Shown piece after piece: positions 16,367 through 26,538 of a stretch of DNA of 64,000 bases. Position 1 is the stretch's first letter; each line of letters starts with the position of its first letter. The notes beneath the pieces were generated by a model. The model searched no databases, was not told where the DNA came from, and worked only from the letters and a program-made list of their open reading frames with translations. The stretch is from Phycisphaerales bacterium (GTDB lineage: Bacteria > Planctomycetota > Phycisphaerae > Phycisphaerales > UBA1924): contig OZ245777.1 in the NCBI GenBank assembly GCA_965227775.1, positions 1,120,001 to 1,184,000 on the forward strand, in the 5' to 3' direction. The position numbers and the translations under genes were made by a program.

Positions 16367-18541
16367 CTAACGCTCGAGCGTGAACTCGATCTCGTCGAGT
16401 CCGAGTCGCCCGATGGTCGAGCCATCATCCTGGGCAAACTCGAAACGGATGGCGGTGATGTCGGTCAGATCGAGCCCGCTGCCCTGCGACAGGAAGTCAC
16501 TCAGGCGGATGCGGATCGTGCCGTACTCGTTCTGCCAGCCGACACCGGACCCAGCGCCGGTGCGCTGGTAGGGCTCCGAGGCGCCGGCCTCGTACGCCCC
16601 TACGTGGATCGTGCTGCGTGTGCCGCTTCCGTCGACAAGTACAACGTTGAAGGTCACCGGCTCGAGCTGCGCGATCGTGTTCGGGTGCCGCGTGCCCTGG
16701 CACGTGCGGAAGCTGAGGTGATCGAAGCCCGAGACGTCACCGAGCGAGGGAATGACCTGGAACTCGACGAAGGAGGGGCTGTTGAAGTCGAACACCAGCC
16801 CGGCCGAATCGTCCGACGACAGGAACGCGTAGTTCATGCCGTTGCTCGGCTCGCTGCCTGTCCAGGTCAGACTGCCATTCGTATCGGCCTGGCGGATTTC
16901 TGCGGCGTTCGACACGCTAACGGTCACGCTGCCACCCGAGCTGCTCTGGCTGATGCTCGGGTTGCTCTGGAAGTCATCGATCACGCGGCTGCCGCCGTCG
17001 ATGGTGCTCGGACGGTACATATGCACCAGCGTTGTGCCATCCATAACGCCCAGCGGCTTGAAGCCGTCCCACGCACGGGTCACGTAGTCGATGGCGTCGG
17101 TGTTGCCCTCACCGTAATGCTTGATGAGCGCGGTCCAGGTTGCCTTGGCAATCTGCTGCGCCTCGGTGCGACCGATCTCGGTTGATGCCGGGCCCTGGAA
17201 GTTCCGGAACCCGCAGCAATTGAACACGTTGTGATCAGCGCCGTGGACGTACGTCGAGTGCTTGAAGCCGTCGGCCCGGTCGTAATTGCGGAAGGGGATC
17301 GTCTGCCCACCGAAGCTGCTCGGGCTGCCGCTGATGTCGCCATCGGCCGAGCCCCAGATCATGTGGTAGTTGATGTCGCCCGGGTCGGCTTCGAAGCCGC
17401 CTCCGCCGATGCTGTTGGCCGCGATTGAGCTTACGAGCACCATGTCTTCGGCGCTGTAGTTCGAGGGCGTGAAGCCGTCGGAAAGGCGTTCTGAGCCGAT
17501 GTTGCACTCGCGCCCGCCCAGGCTGTGGCCGATCCACACGATGCGTGAGCTATCGATCAGGCCGTTGAGCACGCCGCCGGCGATGGTCGCCTGCTCGCCG
17601 ATGAGCGCATCGGTGTGCCGCAGCGGGCGGTTGCCCGTGCCGCTGAAGTCGTTCTGTACGCTGATGCTCACCCAGCCCCAGCTGCTGAGCTGGTCTTGCA
17701 GGTAGTCGTACCAGCGGTAGTCGTGGCCGCCACCGTGTACGATCACCACGATGGGCAGCGGGCCAACGCTGGCGAGTTCGGCCGGGTAGTTCAGGCGCAA
17801 GACGCCCTGTGAGCTGCTGCTGTCGATCATCGTCGGCGTGAGCGGACCCATCTCCGAGATGTTCGTGAACACGCTGAACCCGTTGGCATCGGCCGGGTGT
17901 ACGGCTAGCCCGTCGACGTAGTCGCCATCGCCGAGGGCGCCGTCGCGGTCGACATCAACGACCAGGTCGTAGCCGGTCGAGATGTTCAGGCCGTTGGCCG
18001 CGGCGAGCGTCTCGCTGCCGGTCAGCGCCACCTCGGCGCCGTCGATCGACAACGCGCTGAACGTGTGGGCTTGCGGCATGCCGCGAACGTCAGTCAGCGA
18101 GGGATCGCTCGCCCACTCGAGGTTGGTCCTGCTCTCAACGATGTAGATGTCGCCCGTCACGCCTCGGATGGCGGGGAAGCGATCGGGGTCAATCGCCAGG
18201 AACACCGTGTCGCCCTGGTTGAACGCGCGGGTTGCCTCGAAGTGGGGGTACTCGGCCAGCGGCACGCCGGCCATCTGCAATGAGATCGGTTCGGAAGGGC
18301 ATCCGGCGACGAACTCGTTCTGGAACTCCAGGAAGTCGAAGATCGTGAGCTCGCCGTCACCATCGAAGTCTGCAGCCAGATCGCCCGCGGCGAACAGGTT
18401 CTGGAACTCCAGGAAGTCGAAGACGGTGAGCTCGCCGTCACCATCGAGGTCGGCCCGGCAAGTGCCCTGGGCCAGCGTCGAGCCTGCGACCGCGAGAACT
18501 GCCGCCGCTGCCATCGCCGAGCGAGTCTTGTTCATGTGCAT
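16367..18541 (-). CDS. Secreted alpha/beta hydrolase with N-terminal dockerin-like module (paralog A)
   Basis: Signal peptide; CRADLDGDG...FVAGC; IVHGGGH; GHSLGG; WGSADGD; GADHN. Confidence 0.82.
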   Translation of the reverse strand: MHMNKTRSAMAAAAVLAVAGSTLAQGTCRADLDGDGELTVFDFLEFQNLFAAGDLAADFDGDGELTIFDFLEFQNEFVAGCPSEPISLQMAGVPLAEYPHFEATRAFNQGDTVFLAIDPDRFPAIRGVTGDIYIVESRTNLEWASDPSLTDVRGMPQAHTFSALSIDGAEVALTGSETLAAANGLNISTGYDLVVDVDRDGALGDGDYVDGLAVHPADANGFSVFTNISEMGPLTPTMIDSSSSQGVLRLNYPAELASVGPLPIVVIVHGGGHDYRWYDYLQDQLSSWGWVSISVQNDFSGTGNRPLRHTDALIGEQATIAGGVLNGLIDSSRIVWIGHSLGGRECNIGSERLSDGFTPSNYSAEDMVLVSSIAANSIGGGGFEADPGDINYHMIWGSADGDISGSPSSFGGQTIPFRNYDRADGFKHSTYVHGADHNVFNCCGFRNFQGPASTEIGRTEAQQIAKATWTALIKHYGEGNTDAIDYVTRAWDGFKPLGVMDGTTLVHMYRPSTIDGGSRVIDDFQSNPSISQSSSGGSVTVSVSNAAEIRQADTNGSLTWTGSEPSNGMNYAFLSSDDSAGLVFDFNSPSFVEFQVIPSLGDVSGFDHLSFRTCQGTRHPNTIAQLEPVTFNVVLVDGSGTRSTIHVGAYEAGASEPYQRTGAGSGVGWQNEYGTIRIRLSDFLSQGSGLDLTDITAIRFEFAQDDGSTIGRLGLDEIEFTLER

Positions 18542-18580
18542 CTCGTGTCCTCCGTTTGTGCGCGGATGTGCGTGTGAGGT

Positions 18581-20755
18581 TCAGGGATCGATGGTGAACT
18601 CGATCTCGTCGAGGCCAAGGCGGCCAATGCCCGACCCCTCGCCCTGGCCAAAGTCGAAGCGGATGGCCGCCACGTCGGTCAGGTCGAGGCCCGATCCCTC
18701 GGCCAGGAAGTCCGTCAGCCTGATGCGGATGGTGTTGTACTCGTTCTGCCAGCCCGCGCCGGAGCCCAAGCCGGTGCGCTGGTAGGGCTCGGACGCACCT
18801 GCGTCATACTCGCCGATGTGGATGGTGCTCGTCGCGCCGCTGCCGTCGATGAGCGAGACGTTGAACGTCACCGGCTCGAGCTCAGCGGTCGTGTTGGGGT
18901 GCCGCGTTCCCTGGCACACGCGGAAGCTCAGGTGGTCGTACCCGAGCAGGTTGCCCAGACTTGGAACGACCTCGAACTCGATGAACGCCGCTCCGTCGTA
19001 GTCGAACACGAGCCCGCGAGAATCATCCGAAGGCTCCCAGGCATACGTCATGCCGTTGGCCGGATCGGTCGGCGTCCAGGTGAAGCCGCTGCTGCCGTCG
19101 CGCTGGCGCACTTCCGCCGTGTTGGACGTATTGAGCGAGACCGTGCCACCCGAACTGCTCTGGCTCACGCTCGGGTTGGTCTGGAAGTCATCGATGACGC
19201 GCGTGTCCATCTCCACAGGATCGGGTCGATACATGTGCACGAGCGTGGTGGTCTGGCTCACGCTCAGCGGCTTGAAGCCGTCCCAGGCGCGTGTCAGGTA
19301 GTCGATGGCGTCGCCGTTGCCCTCGCCGTAGTGCTTGACGAGCGCAAGCCAGATGCTCTTGGCGATGCGCTGGGCCTCGGGGCGACCGATCTCGGTGCCG
19401 GGGGGGCCGGTGAAGTTGCGGAATCCGCAGCAGTTGAACACATTGTGGTCGGCGCCGTGGATGTACGTCGAGTGCTTGTAGCCGAAGGCCCGGTCGTAGT
19501 GCCGGAACGCGACGGTCTGGGCGCCCGGGGCGCCGCTGCGGTCGCCGTCGGCCGAGCCCCAGATCATGTGGAAGTTGATCGGTCCCGGGTCAGCTACGAG
19601 CGAGCCGAAGTCGCCGACGCTGTTGGCACCGATCGAACTGACCAGCACCATGTCGTCGATCGTGTAGTTCCGGGGTGTGAACAGGCCTCGATACAACCGC
19701 TCGGCACCGATGACGACCTCTCGGCCGCCCAGGCTGTGGCCGATCCAGACGATGCGCGAGCTATCGATCAGCCCATTGAGCACGCCGCCGGCGATGCTGC
19801 TCTGCTCGGCGATCAGCGCCTCGGTCTGCAGCAGTGGCCGATTGCCGGTTCCGCCGAAGTCGTTCTGGATGCTGATGCTCACCCAGCCCCAGCTGCTCAG
19901 ATGGTCCTGCAGGTAGTCGTACCAGCGATAGTCGTGGCCGCCGCCATGCACGATGACGGCGATGGGGAGTGGTCCGACGTTCGACAGCTCCGCCGGGTAA
20001 TTCAGACGGACCAAGCCGCGCGATGTGCTGGTGTCGAGCATCGTCGGCGTCAGCGGGCCCATCTGCGTCATGTCCGTGAACACGCTGAAGCCGTTGACAT
20101 CGGCTGGCAGCAAACCCAGGCCATCGATGTAATCACCATCACCCAGCTGGCCATCGCGATCGACGTCGACGACGAGGTCGTAGCCGGTCGAGATGTTCGC
20201 GCCGTTGGCAGCCATCAGCGTGGTGCTGTCGGCAAGCGGTACGTCGGCATCATCGATCGAGAGTGCGCTAAAGGTGTGTCCCTGCGGCAAGCCGCGCACG
20301 TCGACGAGGCTCGGGTCGCTCGCCCACTCCAACTCGGTCTTACTCGCAACGACGTAGATGTCCGCCGCCACGCCGCGGATGGCGGGGAATCGGTCCGGAT
20401 CGATCGCGAGCGAAACAGTTCGTCCCTTGTTGAACGCCCGCGTGAACTCGAAGTACGGGTAGCCATCGAGCGGCACGCCGGCCATCTGTAGCGAGATCGG
20501 CTCGCCCGGGCATCCCTGCACGAACTCGTTCTGGAACTCCAGGAAGTCGAAGATCGTGAGCTCGCCGTCGCCATCGAAGTCGACAGCCAGGTCGCCCGCG
20601 GCGAACAGGTTCTGGAACTCCAGGAAGTCGAAGACGGTCAGCTCGCCGTCGCCATCAAGGTCGACGCGGCACGTGGAATCGGGATTGGCAAGTGCGAAGC
20701 CAGCGGCAATCGTGAGCGCGGCGACACCGGCGGCCGTTGAGCATGCGTGGCGCAT
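18581..20755 (-). CDS. Secreted alpha/beta hydrolase with N-terminal dockerin-like module (paralog B)
   Basis: Same architecture as 16367-18541 and shares long identical peptide blocks with it. Confidence 0.82.
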   Translation of the reverse strand: MRHACSTAAGVAALTIAAGFALANPDSTCRVDLDGDGELTVFDFLEFQNLFAAGDLAVDFDGDGELTIFDFLEFQNEFVQGCPGEPISLQMAGVPLDGYPYFEFTRAFNKGRTVSLAIDPDRFPAIRGVAADIYVVASKTELEWASDPSLVDVRGLPQGHTFSALSIDDADVPLADSTTLMAANGANISTGYDLVVDVDRDGQLGDGDYIDGLGLLPADVNGFSVFTDMTQMGPLTPTMLDTSTSRGLVRLNYPAELSNVGPLPIAVIVHGGGHDYRWYDYLQDHLSSWGWVSISIQNDFGGTGNRPLLQTEALIAEQSSIAGGVLNGLIDSSRIVWIGHSLGGREVVIGAERLYRGLFTPRNYTIDDMVLVSSIGANSVGDFGSLVADPGPINFHMIWGSADGDRSGAPGAQTVAFRHYDRAFGYKHSTYIHGADHNVFNCCGFRNFTGPPGTEIGRPEAQRIAKSIWLALVKHYGEGNGDAIDYLTRAWDGFKPLSVSQTTTLVHMYRPDPVEMDTRVIDDFQTNPSVSQSSSGGTVSLNTSNTAEVRQRDGSSGFTWTPTDPANGMTYAWEPSDDSRGLVFDYDGAAFIEFEVVPSLGNLLGYDHLSFRVCQGTRHPNTTAELEPVTFNVSLIDGSGATSTIHIGEYDAGASEPYQRTGLGSGAGWQNEYNTIRIRLTDFLAEGSGLDLTDVAAIRFDFGQGEGSGIGRLGLDEIEFTIDP

Positions 20756-20941
20756 GTCGTTCTCTCCTTCGTTTGGTTATCGGGGCTTGGGATGCCCCAC
20801 GAGTCGAATCGTCGCGATGGGCGCGCGGCATACCCAAATCCGCGCTCGATACACGATCCGCACGATGCAGGCGAGGGGATGCCCCAGATGCAAGACTTCT
20901 CGGAAGTTAAGCTCCGCGCGGCTTGCCGTTGCCACGAGAAA

Positions 20942-21028
20942 CGGTGCGGGTGGGATTCGAACCCACGGAACCCTAACGGGCTCATTGGTTTTCAAGACCA
21001 ACGCCTTCAACCGCTCGGCCACCGCACC
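20942..21028 (-). tRNA. tRNA-Ser (anticodon TGA), CCA not encoded
   Basis: The minus strand reads GGTGCGG-TGGCCGAGCGGTTGAAGGCG-TTGGT CT TGA AA ACCAA, then a long variable arm, then GTGGGTTCGAATCCCAC-CCGCACC-G. Confidence 0.95.
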
Positions 21029-21169
21029 AGATCGGCTGGCGGCCCAAGCGTAGACGGCCCGCAGACGCCCGAGAACCCGTGTCGGAGCCCACACGACCAC
21101 CAGAAACAGAAGATCCGCTCCATTGCCGCGTTTTGTAAGCCGATACCACGGGCGGAAAGGGGCGACCTG

Positions 21170-21586
21170 GTGGACAACGCTGCAGCCAAGAATCTGCCGA
21201 CCGTGCTGATCGCCGATGACGAGCATCACATCCGCTTCATGCTGGAATGGAAGCTCAAGTCCGACGATGTGCGCATCCTGACGGCTGCCGACGGCAAGAC
21301 AGCGTTGTCTCTCGCCCAAAAGCACAAGCCCGCGCTCATCATCAGCGACTATCAGATGCCCTATATGGACGGCATCGGCCTGGTGAAGAGCTTGGCGCTC
21401 GATCCTGAGACAGCGGATATCCCGGTCATCCTGCTGACCGCGCTGGAGCACCGAATCAGCCGGAGCGAGCTGGCCGACACCTCCGTCGAGCACATCCTGC
21501 GCAAGCCGTTTCGCCCATCGGAGTTGCTCGAGTTGGCCGCGGACTATCTCAAGGACTATCGGGAGCGAACCGGCGAGGCGGCATGA
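21170..21586 (+). CDS. Single-domain response regulator (CheY-like receiver)
   Basis: Motifs VLIADDE, IISDYQMPYMDG, ILLTA and RKPF. The GTG start is inferred. Confidence 0.9.
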   Translation: MDNAAAKNLPTVLIADDEHHIRFMLEWKLKSDDVRILTAADGKTALSLAQKHKPALIISDYQMPYMDGIGLVKSLALDPETADIPVILLTALEHRISRSELADTSVEHILRKPFRPSELLELAADYLKDYRERTGEAA

Positions 21587-23151
21587 ACGACTATGCGGAA
21601 GAGATCGGCGGACTCATCAACGTCAAGTGGTCGTGGTTGCATGGTTTTTCGCTTGGCGAGGACTGTCCGGAGGGAATCGCGCGATTCCTGACGACCGAAG
21701 AAACCCGCGTCCGAATGGAGCAGATCGCCGGCGCCGGTCCGTGCGACGGCGCCACGGGCGACCTGGTGCCAGGCGTGCGTGTTGTGGGCTTCAGCCAGGG
21801 CAGCGACTCGACCTCGCGAGGTGAGGCCGATGTCGTGCTGGCCGTCTCCAACGAGGCGTTTGCGCGCGCGGGCGTGCCCGCGTGCAGCCCGCTCGAGCGC
21901 ACCGGCGACGCGGCGGAGAGTGGCGTGGCCGCTGCGCTCCATCTGGCGAGCCTGGGGCGATGGGCGTGGGATCGCGAGCTCGATGTCATACGCAACCGCG
22001 ACGAGCTCATCAGCACGTTCAGCGAGCAGCTCTCCGAGAGCTACGAGCACATCAGCCTGCTGCTGTTTGTCGGTCGCTTCATGAACCATGTGACCAATCC
22101 GCTGACCGTCGTGCAGACGGTGGTGCAGGAGGTGCGGCGCACCATGAAGTACGGCTGGCTGGCCATGGTCATGCTCGAGGACCGCGGCGCCGCGCAGAGC
22201 ATCGCGGGCTCGACGACGGTCGTTGGTGACCTGCCGATTCCCAGGGCGTCGCTCCAGCGGGCGTGCAGCGAGTATGCGCGCGTGCACCCGGCCGACGCGT
22301 GGACGCGCGTCATCGACTCGAGCGACTCCATCATGGGGCCGCTCATCAAGGGTGAGGTTCTCGTGGAGCCCATCACGCACCGCGGTCGCACGGTGGGCAT
22401 GATGATCTGCGGCGACAAGCAGGGCCGCAAAGAGGCCATCGATAGCGTCGACATCCAGATCCTCGACGCTGTGGCCGACCTCCTGGGCGTGTTCCACGAC
22501 AACCTCCGTCGCCACGAAGACCAAGTCGCGATGTTCCTGGGCACGGTCGGCTCGCTCACGGCCGCCATCGACGCCAAGGACGCGTACACCCGCGGTCACT
22601 CCGAGCGGGTGGCATGGGGCGCCCGCGAGCTATCGCTGGCCATCGGTCTCGACGAGGCAACCGCCGAGCGCGCACACCTCGCCGGCCTCCTGCACGACAT
22701 TGGCAAGATCGGCGTGCCCGAGAGCGTGCTCACCAAGAAGGGGCGCTTGACCGAGGACGAGTTCGAGATGATCAAGCGGCATCCGCGGATCGGCTTCGAC
22801 ATCCTCCGAGGCATCCCAAGCCTTGAGGACGTGCTGCCCGGCGTGTTGCACCACCACGAGCGATGGGACGGCAAGGGCTACCCCACCGGCGCGGCGGGTG
22901 AGGAGATCAGCCTGTTCGGGCGCATCCTGGCCGTAGCCGACGTCTTCGACGCGCTGAGTAGCGATCGAGCGTATCGCAAGGCATTGACCCGAGACGAGGT
23001 CATCGCCGAGATCCGCCGAAGCACCGGCACGCACTTCGATCCGCGGCTGGCCCGCGCTTTCGTTGAGCTCGATTTCACTGGCTTCGATCGCCTGCTCAAT
23101 CTGGGCGGCAGCGAAGGCGATGGCACCGCGGCCCAACGACCGGCCGCCTGA
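21583..23151 (+). CDS. HD-GYP domain phosphodiesterase with upstream GAF-like region
   Basis: Motifs AKDAYTRGHSERV, LLHDIGKIG, HHHERWDGKGYP and VADVFDA. ATGA overlap with the receiver gene. Confidence 0.92.
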   Translation: MNDYAEEIGGLINVKWSWLHGFSLGEDCPEGIARFLTTEETRVRMEQIAGAGPCDGATGDLVPGVRVVGFSQGSDSTSRGEADVVLAVSNEAFARAGVPACSPLERTGDAAESGVAAALHLASLGRWAWDRELDVIRNRDELISTFSEQLSESYEHISLLLFVGRFMNHVTNPLTVVQTVVQEVRRTMKYGWLAMVMLEDRGAAQSIAGSTTVVGDLPIPRASLQRACSEYARVHPADAWTRVIDSSDSIMGPLIKGEVLVEPITHRGRTVGMMICGDKQGRKEAIDSVDIQILDAVADLLGVFHDNLRRHEDQVAMFLGTVGSLTAAIDAKDAYTRGHSERVAWGARELSLAIGLDEATAERAHLAGLLHDIGKIGVPESVLTKKGRLTEDEFEMIKRHPRIGFDILRGIPSLEDVLPGVLHHHERWDGKGYPTGAAGEEISLFGRILAVADVFDALSSDRAYRKALTRDEVIAEIRRSTGTHFDPRLARAFVELDFTGFDRLLNLGGSEGDGTAAQRPAA

Positions 23152-23189
23152 CCCGCAGCCGAGGCCGTCGTCCAGTCGACCAATCAAAC

Positions 23190-24473
23190 CTACGGAAGTT
23201 CCCACACGATCGTCGAGGGATCGAGTGCCAACTCGCGATCGGTGTCGTCGAAGAAGCCGTAGGGCGGCAGGTGGGCAACATCAGGGTCGTAGGTGATGTT
23301 GACGGGCGTCGAGAGGCTCACGCGAGCATTCCCTCCGATGATGATGGTTCCCAGGAAGTTCTGCCCGGGAAGCGAGAAGGTCACGTTGCCGCTCACATAC
23401 GCCAAGCCCTCGATACGGCCCGGATACACATCGAGCTTGTCGTCATCGAAGCCGAAATCGTAAGGTGTATGCGACGGGTTGAAGTCGACGTCCGACGTCG
23501 ATTCGCTCGGCCCAAGCGTCGTGCCCATGAAGGTTGCACCCCCACGGATGAGCAACGATGGCATCCAACCGAACGCAGGTTCGATCAGTGTCTCGGACCC
23601 GATGATCACATCGTCCATGGCACTATCCAGAATTACGAGTGTGCCCACAATACGAGTTCGCCGCACGATCAGGCGTCGGGCTGCACTGCAGTCGATGATG
23701 TAGATGCCGAACTCGTTGACATTGCCGTACGGATTGCTCGAGGGACTCAGGAGCACGTCCTCAATCGCTTGATATCCGGCGGATGACGGCAGCAGGTCGA
23801 TATCGATGTACTCGCCGAGCGCCAGGTAGTAATCAAACAAGGTGTCATCGGGCATCGTCCGCGCGTCGGCGCCACTCGTTGTAGAGCCGGCAAAGACCGC
23901 CCCGCTCACCGTCCCAGAGCTCTCGACCGGGGCGTTGATCGTTGATCCGGTCGCCGTCACGTCGCCGATTGCGCCGACCGTCTTGTCCGCAGTGATGCTC
24001 GCGGCAGTTCCCGTCGAGAGCTCGCCGCCGACGTACATGGCGGTTGCCAGCGTGTCGTACGGATCTCCTGATGGCGGCAGGATGCCCCGGATGATGTGCG
24101 TGGCTTGGCCGTTGCTGGCCTTGGCCCTCAGCACGATTGGTCCATCCACATTGTCCAGTGCCGAGCCATCGAGCTCCGAGAGTGTCCACTCGAGTTGGCC
24201 GTCGCTGAGCGAGCCCATCTTCGAAAACGAAGAAGTCAGGTCGGCCCTGGTGTCGCCCGAGTCCAGATGGGCCGACAGGGCACCGAGGCCGTGCTCGAAC
24301 GCGGATTGAGCCAACAGACGCGCCTCGGTCGATTGATCGGTAAGGATGTTCTCCTTTGCACGGCTGGTCGCCATCGACAGGGCGCTCAGGCCCGTGATGG
24401 TCACGATCGTGCCCGCCAAGAGCGCGATCAGGTACGCTGCGCCGCGCCGGGTTGGAGTCCTTCCGTCGTTCAT
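23190..24473 (-). CDS. PilX/GspK-like minor pilin-associated protein
   Basis: N-terminal RRG|AAYLIALL hydrophobic helix lacking E5 and ARLLAQSAFEHG. Last gene of the pilin run. Confidence 0.6.
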   Translation of the reverse strand: MNDGRTPTRRGAAYLIALLAGTIVTITGLSALSMATSRAKENILTDQSTEARLLAQSAFEHGLGALSAHLDSGDTRADLTSSFSKMGSLSDGQLEWTLSELDGSALDNVDGPIVLRAKASNGQATHIIRGILPPSGDPYDTLATAMYVGGELSTGTAASITADKTVGAIGDVTATGSTINAPVESSGTVSGAVFAGSTTSGADARTMPDDTLFDYYLALGEYIDIDLLPSSAGYQAIEDVLLSPSSNPYGNVNEFGIYIIDCSAARRLIVRRTRIVGTLVILDSAMDDVIIGSETLIEPAFGWMPSLLIRGGATFMGTTLGPSESTSDVDFNPSHTPYDFGFDDDKLDVYPGRIEGLAYVSGNVTFSLPGQNFLGTIIIGGNARVSLSTPVNITYDPDVAHLPPYGFFDDTDRELALDPSTIVWELP

Positions 24474-25099
24474 CGCGCGCCCACCGTTGGATTGGAGCCA
24501 GCCGGTGGCCGATTGGCCCGTACGGAAGGCGCCGCGTGCAGCACAGAGCCATCGCCGAGCGTGATCTGGATCGGGACCTGTACGATCTCCTGGGTCACGC
24601 TCTTGTGACCCCGTTCCATTCGCGCCGAGCTGGTGCGGAGCGCTCTCAGACGGACCCGAGATCCGTCCGGCAGCTCGACGAACACCAACACCGTGCGCAC
24701 GCCGGCGTCGAGCACACGGCTATCGATCGTTTCGCTCGCACGCGTGCCCAGCGTGACACCCCACGACCAGGAGCTCGAGCCGATCGGATTGTTCTGCGAG
24801 TCTCTCGGCGGTCGCTCGCTGAAGCCGTCGTAGTCCTCGATGTGATCAAAGTTACCCAGGCGGGCACCACCCGCTGCGTTCGTGCTGTCCGTCCCCACGG
24901 CTGGCTGTGACATGACCTCGGCCATCAGCACATGTGCCAACCGATACGCTTGCTGCCGCTGATTGGCGCTGGCGCTCGTGCGGTGAGCGGCCGCGGAGAC
25001 ATTCATCGCCGCAACGAGGGTCGTCCCGATGAGCAGCATCGCGAGCGTCGCTTCGACGATCGAGAAGCCGCGTCGGGATGTTGGAGCATACTGGCGCAT
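24470..25099 (-). CDS. Prepilin-type (PilV/GspI-like) minor pilin
   Basis: Cleavage/methylation motif RRG|FSIVEATLAMLL. Confidence 0.78.
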   Translation of the reverse strand: MRQYAPTSRRGFSIVEATLAMLLIGTTLVAAMNVSAAAHRTSASANQRQQAYRLAHVLMAEVMSQPAVGTDSTNAAGGARLGNFDHIEDYDGFSERPPRDSQNNPIGSSSWSWGVTLGTRASETIDSRVLDAGVRTVLVFVELPDGSRVRLRALRTSSARMERGHKSVTQEIVQVPIQITLGDGSVLHAAPSVRANRPPAGSNPTVGAR

Positions 25100-26044
25100 C
25101 TAATTCACCCAGGAGTCAACGTACACCTCGAGCGCGAGATCTCTGACGCCGTTCACCTGCCACTGACCGAGGAGGTTCGTTGTCGCAATCCAGCCATCGG
25201 TCAGGAATTGGGGCGAGTTCTCGAGCGGAACATCACAACCCGAAAGACCAAGGCTCTGCGAGACAACGATGGCGATGAAATCGCCGGACCTGAACACTAC
25301 GTCGTTATCGAGTGTGAACTCGACTAACTCCACCGAGTCCGGTAGGTCCGCCTGTCGAACCGTTGCCTCGGCTATGGGTGTGGCTTGGGGGATCGCATAC
25401 GTCATGTCGACGCGATGCAGCCCGACCGTCACGTTGCCCCCGCCTGCGCGACCACGCATCGACACCAGTGCGCGAGTTACGGTGAATGCGTTATCGCCAC
25501 CGCGCAGTTCGGGCTCGATGATCGCGGCGATCGAACTCGTGATCGAGAGCGTGTGGAAGTTCGAGCCTCCTGTGTAGTCGCGGCCGTGCGCTATGACGTC
25601 GTTGGGCACAGCTGGTGGGGGCTCGTGCCAGGTGGTGTCGGCGGGGGTGCTCGCGACGAGGAAGTCCATCGACAGGTCGGACACCGATGGCACGATCGGC
25701 CAGGGCGGTGAGCCATTCATCGAGTATGTAATGGGGTCGCCATCGCTCCCGCCCCATTCGTACCGCAGAAGCTCCGGAGCGCCATCACCTGTCCGATCGG
25801 GCACGTAGAACGAGATGGCGGTTGCGGTTGATTCTGTAAACCGCAGCGCAAGCTCGATGTCGGCTGACATCTGTGCCAAGCCATCGAGCGCGGGTGCTGT
25901 GGCCATGCCTCCGGTCGCGGCGCGGAAGGACTGGCCGCCCACGCCGATGGCCGTAACCGCACCGCCGAGCACGATAGACGTGATGGCCATCGCCACCAGC
26001 ATCTCGGCGAGCGAGAAGCCGTGCTGTCGGTGCGCAGGGGTCAT
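25100..26044 (-). CDS. Prepilin-type (PilW/GspJ-like) minor pilin
   Basis: Motif HG|FSLAEMLVAMAI. Confidence 0.78.
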   Translation of the reverse strand: MTPAHRQHGFSLAEMLVAMAITSIVLGGAVTAIGVGGQSFRAATGGMATAPALDGLAQMSADIELALRFTESTATAISFYVPDRTGDGAPELLRYEWGGSDGDPITYSMNGSPPWPIVPSVSDLSMDFLVASTPADTTWHEPPPAVPNDVIAHGRDYTGGSNFHTLSITSSIAAIIEPELRGGDNAFTVTRALVSMRGRAGGGNVTVGLHRVDMTYAIPQATPIAEATVRQADLPDSVELVEFTLDNDVVFRSGDFIAIVVSQSLGLSGCDVPLENSPQFLTDGWIATTNLLGQWQVNGVRDLALEVYVDSWVN

Positions 26045-26538
26045 GGCGTGATGCTCGTCAGTCCCGTTGTTGGATCCACGGTAAGTGTCGTTCCGGCACT
26101 GCCGTTCCGCAGCGTCACGGTGCCGCCTTCAGTGGGAATGCCGAAGCCCGAGATCGTGTACTCCGTGCCGGCCCCGAACGTCGCGCTGCTGATCTCGGCG
26201 TCCATGGGGCCAGAGTCGAGATCGAGCACGAGATCCGTACCGCCGACGGTTCCCGCCGGCATGCCAACGAAGGTCACGGTGTGGTTGATGGTGTCGAACT
26301 GCACGGTTACGGGAGTGCCCGAGGCACGTGCGTAGGCAACGCTGCGATCAAGATCGTTCTTCAGCTGATGCACGGCAGACTGCAATCGATAGCGGGCCGC
26401 CGCGCTGCCATAAGCCGGCAACGCGAGGCCCGCGATAGCACCGATGATCAGGAGGACAACGGTCAGCTCCACAAGGGTGAAGCCGCGACGTCCTTGCGCG
26501 ATCGGATCAATACGTCGAGTACAGCGTGCCGGTGTCAT
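26041..26538 (-). CDS. GspH/FimT-like pseudopilin
   Basis: RRG|FTLVELTVVLLI followed by a helix with RYRLQSAVHQL and YARASG. Confidence 0.82.
   Translation of the reverse strand: MTPARCTRRIDPIAQGRRGFTLVELTVVLLIIGAIAGLALPAYGSAAARYRLQSAVHQLKNDLDRSVAYARASGTPVTVQFDTINHTVTFVGMPAGTVGGTDLVLDLDSGPMDAEISSATFGAGTEYTISGFGIPTEGGTVTLRNGSAGTTLTVDPTTGLTSITP

Noticed and set aside
20942..21028. tRNA-Ser as the attachment site of an integrated element
   Set aside because: No integrase and no duplicated tRNA 3' end were seen in the window.
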